64,000 bases of DNA, taken from IMG/VR virus record IMGVR_UViG_3300008110_007313. One strand, given 5' to 3'. Shown here one piece after another: positions 46,007-54,878 of this stretch. The translations under genes and the position numbers were made by a program. The notes beneath the pieces are model-generated. The model made no database searches, was not told the DNA's origin, and saw nothing but the letters and a program-made list of their open reading frames with translations. Source of the stretch: a virus (taxonomy: Duplodnaviria; Caudoviricetes). Numbering within the stretch: position 1 is the first letter of the stretch; every line of letters begins with the position of its first letter.

Positions 46007-46498
46007 TTCTTTTGCTGCGTTTTGGTCTTTGCCTTTAAGCAAACGCTCTAGCAAATCATTGCGGCTCAAAACCATGCCTTGTGCAGTTTGTGTAACGCCT
46101 GCATTGGGGTCTTCGGGCCGGCTTTGGTCCAATTTTGCTTTTTTAAGTTGCAAGTCAATCATTTTGAGTTTTTTGTCTAGCTTGGCTGTTTTGGCTGTGA
46201 TTGCATGGCCTAACATGTTTGAAGCTACACTGAAGATTTCGCTGGCAAACCTTGAATCAACCTGCATGCCCAGATCCATGAGATCTTTGTAGCTGCCTTT
46301 GGCCAGGTCTGCAAGATCGTCCATTTCAGTGTCTGTGGCGTCTAGCCCGCGCACAGCCGGCAAAGCTTCGTCTATCTTGTCAATGGTTTCATCTAGTGCT
46401 GCCAGGATTTCGCGATTGGCTGGCAATGTTGGGATAGCAGAGTCAATCTCTTGCTCTGTGGGAGGCAAATCAAAAAGTTCTTCCAGTTTACGAGTCAT
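46004..46498 (-). CDS. probable terminase small subunit (gp16-like)
   Basis: 164-aa helical/coiled protein next to gp4; pattern resembles gp16 (..SRFASEIFSVA..KLKMIDLQ..SRNDLL). Confidence 0.5.
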   Translation of the reverse strand: MTRKLEELFDLPPTEQEIDSAIPTLPANREILAALDETIDKIDEALPAVRGLDATDTEMDDLADLAKGSYKDLMDLGMQVDSRFASEIFSVASNMLGHAITAKTAKLDKKLKMIDLQLKKAKLDQSRPEDPNAGVTQTAQGMVLSRNDLLERLLKGKDQNAAKE

Positions 46499-46502
46499 AC
46501 CC

Positions 46503-46510
46503 TATTTATA
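46503..46510 (-). promoter_or_regulatory. T4 late promoter TATAAATA
   Basis: Full consensus, 4 nt before ATG 46498. Confidence 0.7.
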
Positions 46511-46513
46511 GGG

Positions 46514-46945
46514 TCATCCTCGACCGTTGTGGAACATTTGGTCTTCTGTGATTACTCTGAATGTGATGCCCTGGCGCTGGCACCATTTTTGGGCTGCCGC
46601 CCATTTGGCATAGTTGATGGCTACCACAGCACGGTCTCGGCTGCTCATTTTTGACTCAACCACGCTTTGCTTTTTGGGCTTGATTTCCACTAGTTCTGCT
46701 CGCATGGTATTGTTGCGAGTGCGATATGTTATCAAGAAATCTGGAACATAAATGGTTTGTTTGCCTGTGAGCGGATGTCTGTAAGGTATTTGTATGGCTT
46801 CACTAGCCCACTGTAGCACATTGGTATTTGTGTCACAAAATCGCATGAAGCTGAGTTCCCACCCTGAACGATATCTAGGCTGCTTGGTGCCTACATACTT
46901 GTCAGGATTTTGTATTTGATAAAAACCTTGCGCCCATTTGGTCAT
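46514..46945 (-). CDS. 4: head completion nuclease (gp4-like, TnsA fold)
   Basis: YRSGWE, WASE..IPY, YVPDF, VEIKP. Confidence 0.92.
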   Translation of the reverse strand: MTKWAQGFYQIQNPDKYVGTKQPRYRSGWELSFMRFCDTNTNVLQWASEAIQIPYRHPLTGKQTIYVPDFLITYRTRNNTMRAELVEIKPKKQSVVESKMSSRDRAVVAINYAKWAAAQKWCQRQGITFRVITEDQMFHNGRG

Positions 46946-47301
46946 TGTAACACTGCTCTGGCTGCATTAACATTAGGCGATACCGCTGCACCAACACCCA
47001 ACAAGGTAGCGCGACTGCGAATAAGATTAAGGTAATAAGCCAAAGTAACTGTCAACTGTATTCCAGATGCACCTTGAAATGCCTGTAACAGTGTCAGTGC
47101 AGATGTACCAGTTTCTTGTGCAACTCTAAACAGTGCACTGGAAAAATTACTAGCTGCACGGTCCGTGGTCATTGTACTTCGAAAATACGAATATACCACG
47201 TCCCATTCACTGGAAGATATACTGGCTTCGTATTTGTAAAAACGATCAAACACTCTAACAGTGAGATCTTGATTGAGATTGGTTTGATTAACAGTTGACA
47301 T
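46942..47301 (-). CDS. hypothetical protein
   Basis: 119 aa, coupled, within the morphogenesis block. Confidence 0.7.
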   Translation of the reverse strand: MSTVNQTNLNQDLTVRVFDRFYKYEASISSSEWDVVYSYFRSTMTTDRAASNFSSALFRVAQETGTSALTLLQAFQGASGIQLTVTLAYYLNLIRSRATLLGVGAAVSPNVNAARAVLQ

Positions 47302-47316
47302 AAAATTATTCAGTTA

Positions 47317-48471
47317 TCAAATACCTGGTGGTTGTACACCCGAAGACGCTGCTTGTGATGCTCCTGCACCTGTGGTCGGAAAAGACCACCCACCATTGGT
47401 GTTAGCAACAGCTCTTACGGCTCCTGGTATAGCGGCCTGTGCTGCCAGCACTGCACCACGTTTTACTTCATTGGAAAGTGTTTGTCCAATGTTGACATTT
47501 TTCAAGGTATTGTAAGCTGTGCCTGCTTTTTGTGTTGCACCTATCAGTCCCAATACAGATCCTGACTGCAAGTCTTGGAATATGCCGCCGGCTGCATCCA
47601 GGAGACCACCTTGGCCGAGAATGGTCTGAGTTGACCCTGGTCGAGAAATAGGACTAGTCTTGGTGTCGTAGTGTGTAGGATCTGCAAATCCTGGTGCTTG
47701 TTTGTTAGGAGCACCTTGAAAGTATTTCACAGTTTCGTAGGCAATGGTCATCGAATTCTGCATGGTGCCATTGCCTTGACTGTAGTCATAGGTATCATGA
47801 CTCCAATTAGTAATCAACGGATTGATCAATACATATTCTGCGTATTTCTGCTGGTAATCAAATCCAAAAATTCTAATGTCTTTGAAGAATGGAGGTTTGC
47901 CCGATCCACCTGCAACACCATCGCTGATGGCTTCGCCGATATAGCCCCAGTCGTTGACTATACGATCGTTGTTGTAAATGTCGCGACTGTTGTAGCCAAA
48001 TCCAGTGGTACGATTACCTTGGGCACCAATACTGCCGTTGGTGTTGTTCGCTGCACCATACTGCTGAGTAGGATCTTTGTAGTAGTAACTGTAGTAGTTG
48101 TACCACAAGTTACGCATCAGATCTCCGCCGTCATCATGGAATGTGATGTTGATGGGTTCATAGTTGATCTTGGTTTGTACAATGCGTTTGCGATTGTACT
48201 GATTGAGTGTTTCGGTTTGAACAGCATACTTGGGCAGGTCAACAGTTTTTACCACGTAACTGATATTGTTGACATCAGTTACTCCCAATGCTCCGCGCAG
48301 TGATGGAATTTCTGCGGTGTTAATAGAAAAAGCCACGTGGAATAAAAACTTAAACCGTGGCTTTAATTCATATCCGTCAGTTCTAAATACTTTGGCTGCG
48401 TGAGTGTAATCACGCAGCGTATCAGTACCAAAAAAACCTTTAAGGAAGTCCTGTCCCCAGGTAGCTGGCAT
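47317..48471 (-). CDS. tail-tube-fold baseplate/tube-initiator protein (gp48/gp54-like)
   Basis: VKTVDLPK..NQYNRKRIVQTKINYEPINITFHDD; follows the tube gene. Confidence 0.7.
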   Translation of the reverse strand: MPATWGQDFLKGFFGTDTLRDYTHAAKVFRTDGYELKPRFKFLFHVAFSINTAEIPSLRGALGVTDVNNISYVVKTVDLPKYAVQTETLNQYNRKRIVQTKINYEPINITFHDDGGDLMRNLWYNYYSYYYKDPTQQYGAANNTNGSIGAQGNRTTGFGYNSRDIYNNDRIVNDWGYIGEAISDGVAGGSGKPPFFKDIRIFGFDYQQKYAEYVLINPLITNWSHDTYDYSQGNGTMQNSMTIAYETVKYFQGAPNKQAPGFADPTHYDTKTSPISRPGSTQTILGQGGLLDAAGGIFQDLQSGSVLGLIGATQKAGTAYNTLKNVNIGQTLSNEVKRGAVLAAQAAIPGAVRAVANTNGGWSFPTTGAGASQAASSGVQPPGI

Positions 48472-49106
48472 TAGACGCTCCCGCCACCAGCACCTGTTAC
48501 AACGTCGCCTAGAGTTCTTGCAAGGCCTGTAGCAACACCAACACCATAAGGAATCTGGTTGGCATTATCAAACGCAATGGTCATGTTGATTGTCACCGGT
48601 GCCGACTCACCATAGTTCATGGCACCATAATCAGCGCTCTTGAGATAGCAACCATACAATTCCCAGGTCTCTAGCACGTTAGGCTGTTCGGCTCCGTTGC
48701 CGCCGTCTAGGATTTCGAAACGAGTCAAGAACTTGTAATCGATACCAGAACTTGCTGAAGCCATTTCCAAGAAGTCCATTTGCTTTTGTATCTGCTCACC
48801 AACCAAGCGACTGACTTGTCCCGAGGCGTCGTCTCGGATTTCACAAGTGGTATCTGCCCAGGTATGCTTGCCTGCCAACTTCAGTGTTGAGTTGTAGATA
48901 GGCAATGTGATTTCTTCAAAGCTCAAGTTGGGACGAGCAAAACTCATCACTTGTTTGGTTAATTCTGTACGAGGGGTTGACACTCCGAAATTTTCAAACA
49001 TCACGCGGAAGCGATATTTGAGTTTGGGCATCAGCAAACCTTGAGTACTTGAACTCTGATCGCTGGCCAACGGTACTGTCATTCTCTGTAATGATGAAAC
49101 TGCCAT
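48471..49106 (-). CDS. 19: tail tube protein (gp19-like)
   Basis: KYRFRV..AGKHTW..W.LYGCY..TIAFD; directly after the sheath. Confidence 0.88.
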   Translation of the reverse strand: MAVSSLQRMTVPLASDQSSSTQGLLMPKLKYRFRVMFENFGVSTPRTELTKQVMSFARPNLSFEEITLPIYNSTLKLAGKHTWADTTCEIRDDASGQVSRLVGEQIQKQMDFLEMASASSGIDYKFLTRFEILDGGNGAEQPNVLETWELYGCYLKSADYGAMNYGESAPVTINMTIAFDNANQIPYGVGVATGLARTLGDVVTGAGGGSV

Positions 49107-49127
49107 TTTTTATATCTCCTATGTCTT

Positions 49128-49133
49128 TATTTA
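49128..49133 (-). promoter_or_regulatory. T4-late-type promoter core TAAATA
   Basis: Upstream of the tube gene, with AGGAG SD. Confidence 0.6.
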
Positions 49134-49137
49134 CCTT

Positions 49138-49168
49138 AACTGGGGGGTTAAAAATTAACCCCCCAGTT
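49138..49168. terminator. 14-bp perfect hairpin between sheath and tube genes
   Basis: AACTGGGGGGTTAA-AAA-TTAACCCCCCAGTT; no clear U tract on the coding strand. Confidence 0.55.
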
Positions 49169-49170
49169 TA

Positions 49171-52100
49171 TTAGGCTGCTGCTCCAGAGATCTCACCAGT
49201 GTTCTTGATGCGCAATGGAATGTAGATAAACTCCACTGCTTTCACTGGTTCGATGGCAACGTCTACCCACAGCTCGTTACGATCAATACGTGCAGGTGTG
49301 TTGTTGCTCAAGTCACACACTACCAAGTAGTCGTAGATTGCTCGCTTAGAAATCAAGTCAATCATCAAACTGTTGACGGTGTTACTGATCTCGTTACGAG
49401 TAATTTCGTCGTTGGGTTCAAACAAGTACAACTTGCCAATCTCTTCCAAGCGTCCACGCAAGAACGCAACCAAACGTGATACGTTGATACGATCCAGTGC
49501 ACTGGTAATGCTGGTTGTGGTCTTGTTACCAAAGTTGGTAATGCCCACGCCTGGAATAAAGGTAATTGGGTTGATGTCGTTTTCATACAGCACATCTCTA
49601 ATACCTTGTCCCACGTTGATTTGAATAAACTCACCTGTGGTAGAATCAATGTAACCAATTGCTGTGGCGTTGTCCACAACACCGCGACGTGTACCAGCAG
49701 GTGCTAGCCATGGATAGCTTACACTGTCACTGCGGATGATTGTTCTCATCATCATGTGACTTGGTGCTGTGACCACTGGGTTACCTGACAAGTCTGTGGT
49801 CTGGCAACTTGGATAGAATGTGGCCATGTACTGGCTAGCAGAAACCAAACCATCTTCTGTTGGCAAACCTAGACCGTTGTTATTGGTAGCCCATGCAGCA
49901 AGATCTGTTCCTGTAGATGGCAGACGCATTGGTGTGTCGCCTACCACAAACAAGGTGTTGTTACGCTCGTTGCTGAGTGCAATCATGTTAGGCATCAGTT
50001 CAGGATAAGCAGGTGTAGCAATCAAGCTGTACAAGCTTTGTTCTTCACGTGCAGCACTGCTGGTGTCAATACCACTCTTCAGTGCTTCAACTACCATTTG
50101 GCGTTGAGCCTGACGTCCTGACCACATCGATCCGTTGTCTTTGTTGCCACTGGCAGTTACCCAGGTGTTGGTATCAATCACAGACCAATAGGTTGTGTTG
50201 GTAGGTGCGGTTCCCACACTTGGAGGTGCAAGCTTGCACACATAGATGATGCCGTTGTAGACCACAAAGTCATTGTAGACATACACGGTTGTTGCAGAAT
50301 AGGCATCAACACTGTAGTCGGTGCTTTCAGTATTAAAATAGTCTAATGCAAAACGCTTGACATTGTAGCCACTGCGACGAGTGTTAAACAACAACATACC
50401 TTGAGGATATAGAGCTGGATTAGGAGCATCAAGATCCAAATAGTTTGCACCAGTTCCAGTATTCAATGATACAATGGATGGTACAGGATCAGCTATGGGA
50501 TCTACAGTACCTGTTGAACTCCAACGTGCATCGGCAAACAAGATACCATTCTCACTAACCTGATCTGATGTATCAACTGCCACCCATTGGCTCACGCCAT
50601 TTAGTGGTTCCCAACGATACAGTTTAGGATAATTTTCTAAGTCGCTGGTATCAATCCACAAATCGCCAAGTTGCAATGGGCTTGTGTTGGCATCTGTCTG
50701 TGTAGTTGGTGCTGTAGCAGCAACAATAGGACCTGCAACGTTAGTCAAGCTGAGGTTAAAACCGCGAACGTCGTTAGTGACGTTTCGATATCCTGTCCAG
50801 GCACCGTTGTTTTGAATCATGATGTCAGCTTCGCTTACGGTGCTATAGTACCACAGGCGTCCATCTGCTGGATCTTGGTCCGGTGCTGTGGTGCTGGCGG
50901 TGTATGTAAACAGTGGAGAAGCTACCCAGTTAGATAATACTAATGTATTGGCAAATGTACCTGATGCTCGACACAATGGGGTACTTGCAGTAAAACCAGC
51001 CAACGCAACTGGTGTTCCAGAAACGTCAGTTAGACTAATTGTTCCGCCCTGGGAATGGGTAAACACAATATATCCATCACTGTTGATAGAAGCACTTGTG
51101 TAAGGAGCATTAGCCGCACTGACCGCAGTAACAAAATCTGTAGGTGTTGTTCCAGCTAATGTTACAAGGTACGGACCAGCAAAGGCGTCTGATCCTGCTT
51201 CGGTTACTCTAATCTGGAAACTGTTGCCAATGCTAAAAACTGCATCGTTGATGCTGGATGTGACTACTGTGGCTCCTAGTGCATATCGTTTGAATATGGT
51301 AAAGGCAGCTGATATTATACCACCAGTATTGAGCTGATTATTATTCCATTGAATGTAAGTTGTGCCAACAGGAATATTTTTTCCGCCGCCTGCTGGATCA
51401 AGACCATAAGTTGCTGTTGCGAAATTCCCATATGCTGGAGTTGTTTGTGCAACAAACGTTCCCAGTGCAGCATTGTACACCCGCATAACAATGTTTAATC
51501 CATTGTTTGCTGGGCTCATGTTATTCCAGATAGAACCAGTAGGGCGTGGACTTGTATCTGTGCTTCTCCAACGAGGAGCCTGATAGCTGTATGCAGGCAA
51601 ATAAGTTGGTGCTGCATACTCACCAGTTAAAAGTCCAAGGCTAGCTAGCAACACAGATCCGTTGTTAGGACCTGCATCAATGGTAATCAAACCGTTGTTG
51701 CTCAGTGTTGAACCATCGTTGGCTGCGGTAGAATCCGCATATATAACCAACTTACCGCTGCTGACACCAGCCGAAACACCAGTGATGTTGGTGTCGTTGA
51801 TGGCCTGCGCATATCCAGCTACTGTGGCTGCGGTTCCGTTGAATCCCACAGCAACCAAACTGTCGTTGATGAAGAGGTCATAGCCGTTGACCAGAGAAGT
51901 TGGGGTACCAGTACCGGTCACTGTAGGCCAGCTGTCTTTCCAGGCATTGGTTCCCAACTGCACCCATTGGTTGCTGGTATTTTTGTAATAGATTGGAATA
52001 TCAACAGCTTGTTCAACTACTGCGTAGTCGCCAATACTACCAATGCTTTGCAATGGGGCATAGTTTCCGCTGCCTGCGTTGACTACATCTGTGTCTTCGG

Positions 52101-52593
52101 TAATTATCAGCGGTGTTTTTACTGTAAATGTTGCAGTGGTTTGGTTCCATTCCTGGATACCCCAGACACTATTTGCGGCATCTAGCCAGTAGCTGCCAGA
52201 TTCTGCGTTACCAGTAGGACGACTCAAGCTAGCAGTAAGTTCTGACAAATCAATGTCCACACGCTGAACATAAGCACGATTGGTAATGCCCAATGAACTA
52301 TATGCAGCAAGCAAACCGTATTCGTTGAGTTCGTAACCGTTGATAGGTGTACCAGCAGTGGTCTGATAGAAGAATGGCACGCCAAAAGTGGCAGCCAAAT
52401 CACGCTGACTGGTGATGAGATATGTTTTGTTAGCATTTGCTGCTAAGGTACCTGGAGCTACACCGATTCCACTAGCACTGATTTTGTTCTGTGCTGTGGC
52501 GATGAGAAAATAAGGTACTGTGTTGACAGCAGAAGGGATATATTGACTTTCGTCAATTACTGTTACTTCTACGCCTGGTGATACTAGAGCCAT
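49171..52593 (-). CDS. 18: tail sheath protein (gp18-like) with large insertions
   Basis: LVSPGVEVTVIDES, YPWLAPAGTRRG, ALDRINVSRL, EPND, PVKAVEFI. Confidence 0.95.
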   Translation of the reverse strand: MALVSPGVEVTVIDESQYIPSAVNTVPYFLIATAQNKISASGIGVAPGTLAANANKTYLITSQRDLAATFGVPFFYQTTAGTPINGYELNEYGLLAAYSSLGITNRAYVQRVDIDLSELTASLSRPTGNAESGSYWLDAANSVWGIQEWNQTTATFTVKTPLIITEDTDVVNAGSGNYAPLQSIGSIGDYAVVEQAVDIPIYYKNTSNQWVQLGTNAWKDSWPTVTGTGTPTSLVNGYDLFINDSLVAVGFNGTAATVAGYAQAINDTNITGVSAGVSSGKLVIYADSTAANDGSTLSNNGLITIDAGPNNGSVLLASLGLLTGEYAAPTYLPAYSYQAPRWRSTDTSPRPTGSIWNNMSPANNGLNIVMRVYNAALGTFVAQTTPAYGNFATATYGLDPAGGGKNIPVGTTYIQWNNNQLNTGGIISAAFTIFKRYALGATVVTSSINDAVFSIGNSFQIRVTEAGSDAFAGPYLVTLAGTTPTDFVTAVSAANAPYTSASINSDGYIVFTHSQGGTISLTDVSGTPVALAGFTASTPLCRASGTFANTLVLSNWVASPLFTYTASTTAPDQDPADGRLWYYSTVSEADIMIQNNGAWTGYRNVTNDVRGFNLSLTNVAGPIVAATAPTTQTDANTSPLQLGDLWIDTSDLENYPKLYRWEPLNGVSQWVAVDTSDQVSENGILFADARWSSTGTVDPIADPVPSIVSLNTGTGANYLDLDAPNPALYPQGMLLFNTRRSGYNVKRFALDYFNTESTDYSVDAYSATTVYVYNDFVVYNGIIYVCKLAPPSVGTAPTNTTYWSVIDTNTWVTASGNKDNGSMWSGRQAQRQMVVEALKSGIDTSSAAREEQSLYSLIATPAYPELMPNMIALSNERNNTLFVVGDTPMRLPSTGTDLAAWATNNNGLGLPTEDGLVSASQYMATFYPSCQTTDLSGNPVVTAPSHMMMRTIIRSDSVSYPWLAPAGTRRGVVDNATAIGYIDSTTGEFIQINVGQGIRDVLYENDINPITFIPGVGITNFGNKTTTSITSALDRINVSRLVAFLRGRLEEIGKLYLFEPNDEITRNEISNTVNSLMIDLISKRAIYDYLVVCDLSNNTPARIDRNELWVDVAIEPVKAVEFIYIPLRIKNTGEISGAAA

Positions 52594-52618
52594 GGTCAAT
52601 TCCTTTTCAAGATATCAA

Positions 52619-52626
52619 TATTTATA
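52619..52626 (-). promoter_or_regulatory. T4 late promoter TATAAATA flanked by an 8-bp inverted repeat
   Basis: AAGATATC-TATAAATA-TT-GATATCTT upstream of the sheath gene. Confidence 0.7.
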
Positions 52627-52677
52627 GATATCTTCCAAAATCGCCGTTCTACGTTGCCCTTTGGCAAAGGTCCACCA

Positions 52678-52683
52678 TAAATA
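52678..52683 (+). promoter_or_regulatory. T4-late-type promoter core TAAATA
   Basis: 4 nt before ATG 52688. Confidence 0.6.
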
Positions 52684-52687
52684 CCGC

Positions 52688-53035
52688 ATGCAAAGACCCG
52701 TGTGCCAGGCCTGTAATCAAAAATCTTGTGCTGTGAACTACGTCAAAGACGGAGTCAAGCACTATCGCAGTCGCTGTGACAACTGCTTGCGCAAAGGACG
52801 TGGCCTTAAAAAAAGAACACCCCGCTGGGAGGCAGCAGGGTACAAGAAGAAAATGACATGCGATCGTTGCGGATTCAAAGCCCGCTATTCAGCACAAACT
52901 CTAGTGTATCATGTGGATGGTGATCTTAACAATGTCACTCAAAAGAATCTTAAAACAGTGTGCCGTAATTGTGAAGTCGATTTAGCAAAAACTGATTCAG
53001 TGTGGCGGCCTGGTGATTTGCAACCAGACGTGTAA
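52688..53035 (+). CDS. Zn-binding HNH-like protein, degenerate
   Basis: CxxC..CxxC..CDRC..YHVDGDLNN..NL..CRNCE. Confidence 0.7.
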   Translation: MQRPVCQACNQKSCAVNYVKDGVKHYRSRCDNCLRKGRGLKKRTPRWEAAGYKKKMTCDRCGFKARYSAQTLVYHVDGDLNNVTQKNLKTVCRNCEVDLAKTDSVWRPGDLQPDV

Positions 53036-53519
53036 CTAACTCACGTGTGTTGCGCTTGAGATCTTCTAACGTGCCATTGTTATCAATTACATAATCAGCC
53101 ATCCAGATTTCCAAGCTCATGCTAGACTTGTCTTCAGCTGGCAAATGATCACTGCGATCCACCCAGACAGCAAAGTCAAACACACCTGTATTACGCATGG
53201 CATGAAACTCTGATTTGTTGCGCAATCCGCAGTAGATTTGATTTTCAGCAAAAATTTCCCTGCCTAATCGAGCATAATCATCCCGACAATACTCATGAAT
53301 CATGTCGTACCACTCAGCACGATGATTGTGCCTATCTTCAAAACACTGCTCATAACTGGTGTACCCATACTTGAGTTTGAGCTCATTGTAGATAAACTTT
53401 TCCGCACAAAAGTCTGAACTAGAGCGGAAGCTGTAGTTAAATTCTTCACGTAGAATATCACATACAGTATCTTTACCATGGCGAGCATTGCCAATGATCA
53501 GCAGTTTAGGAAGGGTCAT
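52950..53519 (-). CDS. 1: deoxynucleoside monophosphate kinase (gp1-like)
   Basis: IIGNARHGKDTV P-loop, DYVIDNNGT. Confidence 0.8.
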   Translation of the reverse strand: MTLPKLLIIGNARHGKDTVCDILREEFNYSFRSSSDFCAEKFIYNELKLKYGYTSYEQCFEDRHNHRAEWYDMIHEYCRDDYARLGREIFAENQIYCGLRNKSEFHAMRNTGVFDFAVWVDRSDHLPAEDKSSMSLEIWMADYVIDNNGTLEDLKRNTRELVTRLVANHQAATLNQFLLNRLHNYGTLF

Positions 53520-54040
53520 TTGAGTTGGGTTACGTTAAGGTGTTTTAGGGTACGTTGCAACATACCAATCTGTCTGCGACAGTCTTCTAGTGCATGATGG
53601 CTTGTAGGAGGAATGGGCTGATCTGGCCATAGGCTAAACACTGTACGACTGTCACGAACTGCATAGAATTTCCAAGGCAATGCTTTACCGTAGCTCTTGT
53701 AAGCATGCTCAAGAATGTTCATGTCGTATGTGGGACCTTGTGCCCAGATTCTGTTGGAGTGCCAAATCAACCGACCTAACTGGTCCAATGCTTGGTCTAG
53801 GGGAATACGATCTTGTTCGTCAAACGCTTCGTCGCGCACCACAGCAGGTTGTGTGGCCCACCATTCAATGGTGCTTTGGTCAATGGCACGATCTTCTTGG
53901 CTTTCTAGTGTAATTCTGGCGTAGTAACTCTGGCCAGAATACCCCTGCCCAAACGGGTCAAAGCTCTGTGCCGCAATGGTTAAAATACAGGTGTCTGGGC
54001 CTGTTGCAAGCCCTTCTAAGTCGATCATTAAATCTGCCAT
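53516..54040 (-). CDS. DEDDh 3'-5' exonuclease (DexA/RNase AS-like)
   Basis: MIDLE, WAQGPTYD, RDSRT, HHALED. Confidence 0.88.
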   Translation of the reverse strand: MADLMIDLEGLATGPDTCILTIAAQSFDPFGQGYSGQSYYARITLESQEDRAIDQSTIEWWATQPAVVRDEAFDEQDRIPLDQALDQLGRLIWHSNRIWAQGPTYDMNILEHAYKSYGKALPWKFYAVRDSRTVFSLWPDQPIPPTSHHALEDCRRQIGMLQRTLKHLNVTQLK

Positions 54041-54046
54041 ACTACA

Positions 54047-54075
54047 AGTATAACAGAATTCTAATTCTAAGTCTA
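54047..54075 (-). promoter_or_regulatory. sigma70-type promoter
   Basis: TAGACT-N17-TATACT, 6 nt before ATG 54040. Confidence 0.55.
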
Positions 54076-54082
54076 CAAGTGA

Positions 54083-54853
54083 TTAGCCGATTACCCAGGT
54101 CAACGGTTGCGAACCATCCATGTACAGTTTGAGTTGTTCTTCTAGAGCTGTCATGGCTTCTTTGGCTTCAGCTTTCATGGCTGCGCCGTTTAGAGTGCCG
54201 CCACCTTGTGGTCCAGCAATGGTACCAAACTTTTCACGTGCTTCGCCCACAATCATTTTGCAGTTGGCAACCATGTAGTCTTTGATCCATTGCTGAATCT
54301 GATAGTCGCTGAGTAAATTGATTTCAGGTTTGAGGTTATAGGTCCACAGTAACACATTTTCTCCAGTGCCTTTGGGATCACGAATGATCTGTAATTTTTT
54401 GGTCACTGGATTAAAAGTATAGTTCACATAACCGCCGAACATACGTGCGGCTAGTTCTACGTACTGGCTGTAGAAATCGTAGGTAGCAAGGCCACCGGCT
54501 ACGTTGAAGTTCATGAGATACACGTTCAAACTGGCCTGTGCAAACGGGTCAAAGTTTGATGCAAATGGCCCAGTGGAATCACCAAAAGTTCTACGAAATA
54601 TTTGTCTTACAGAAACAACTTCTTGCGGTAGTTGGTAAATGTTTACGTCACGTACCAGTTCCATAAAGGAATAGCTTTCCTCATAGGCATTTTGCGCACG
54701 TTGACGATAAGTGCCAATGGTTTTTTGATAGGCTGTTTCGTAGTGTGCAGGGTCCAACTCGATGTCTACGATATCGCCACCAAGTTGAAGCCGTACATAA
54801 TCATTGAGATTTTGCTTGAGAGTTTCGAGACTGTTTTGTTGCTGTTCTGCCAT
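54083..54853 (-). CDS. 13: neck/head-tail adaptor protein (gp13-like)
   Basis: LQLG..VDIEL, EAREKF..IAGPQGG.TLNG..K.EA. Confidence 0.85.
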   Translation of the reverse strand: MAEQQQNSLETLKQNLNDYVRLQLGGDIVDIELDPAHYETAYQKTIGTYRQRAQNAYEESYSFMELVRDVNIYQLPQEVVSVRQIFRRTFGDSTGPFASNFDPFAQASLNVYLMNFNVAGGLATYDFYSQYVELAARMFGGYVNYTFNPVTKKLQIIRDPKGTGENVLLWTYNLKPEINLLSDYQIQQWIKDYMVANCKMIVGEAREKFGTIAGPQGGGTLNGAAMKAEAKEAMTALEEQLKLYMDGSQPLTWVIG

Positions 54854-54855
54854 TG

Positions 54856-54878
54856 GGGGACTCCGTCCCCTTTATTTA
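54856..54878 (-). promoter_or_regulatory. late promoter TAAATA plus RBS-sequestering hairpin
   Basis: TAAATA-AA-GGGGAC-GGA-GTCCCC-CA-ATG. Confidence 0.6.

Noticed and set aside
47671-48303. 210-aa + strand ORF
   Set aside because: Antisense to the tube-fold baseplate gene; no independent signals
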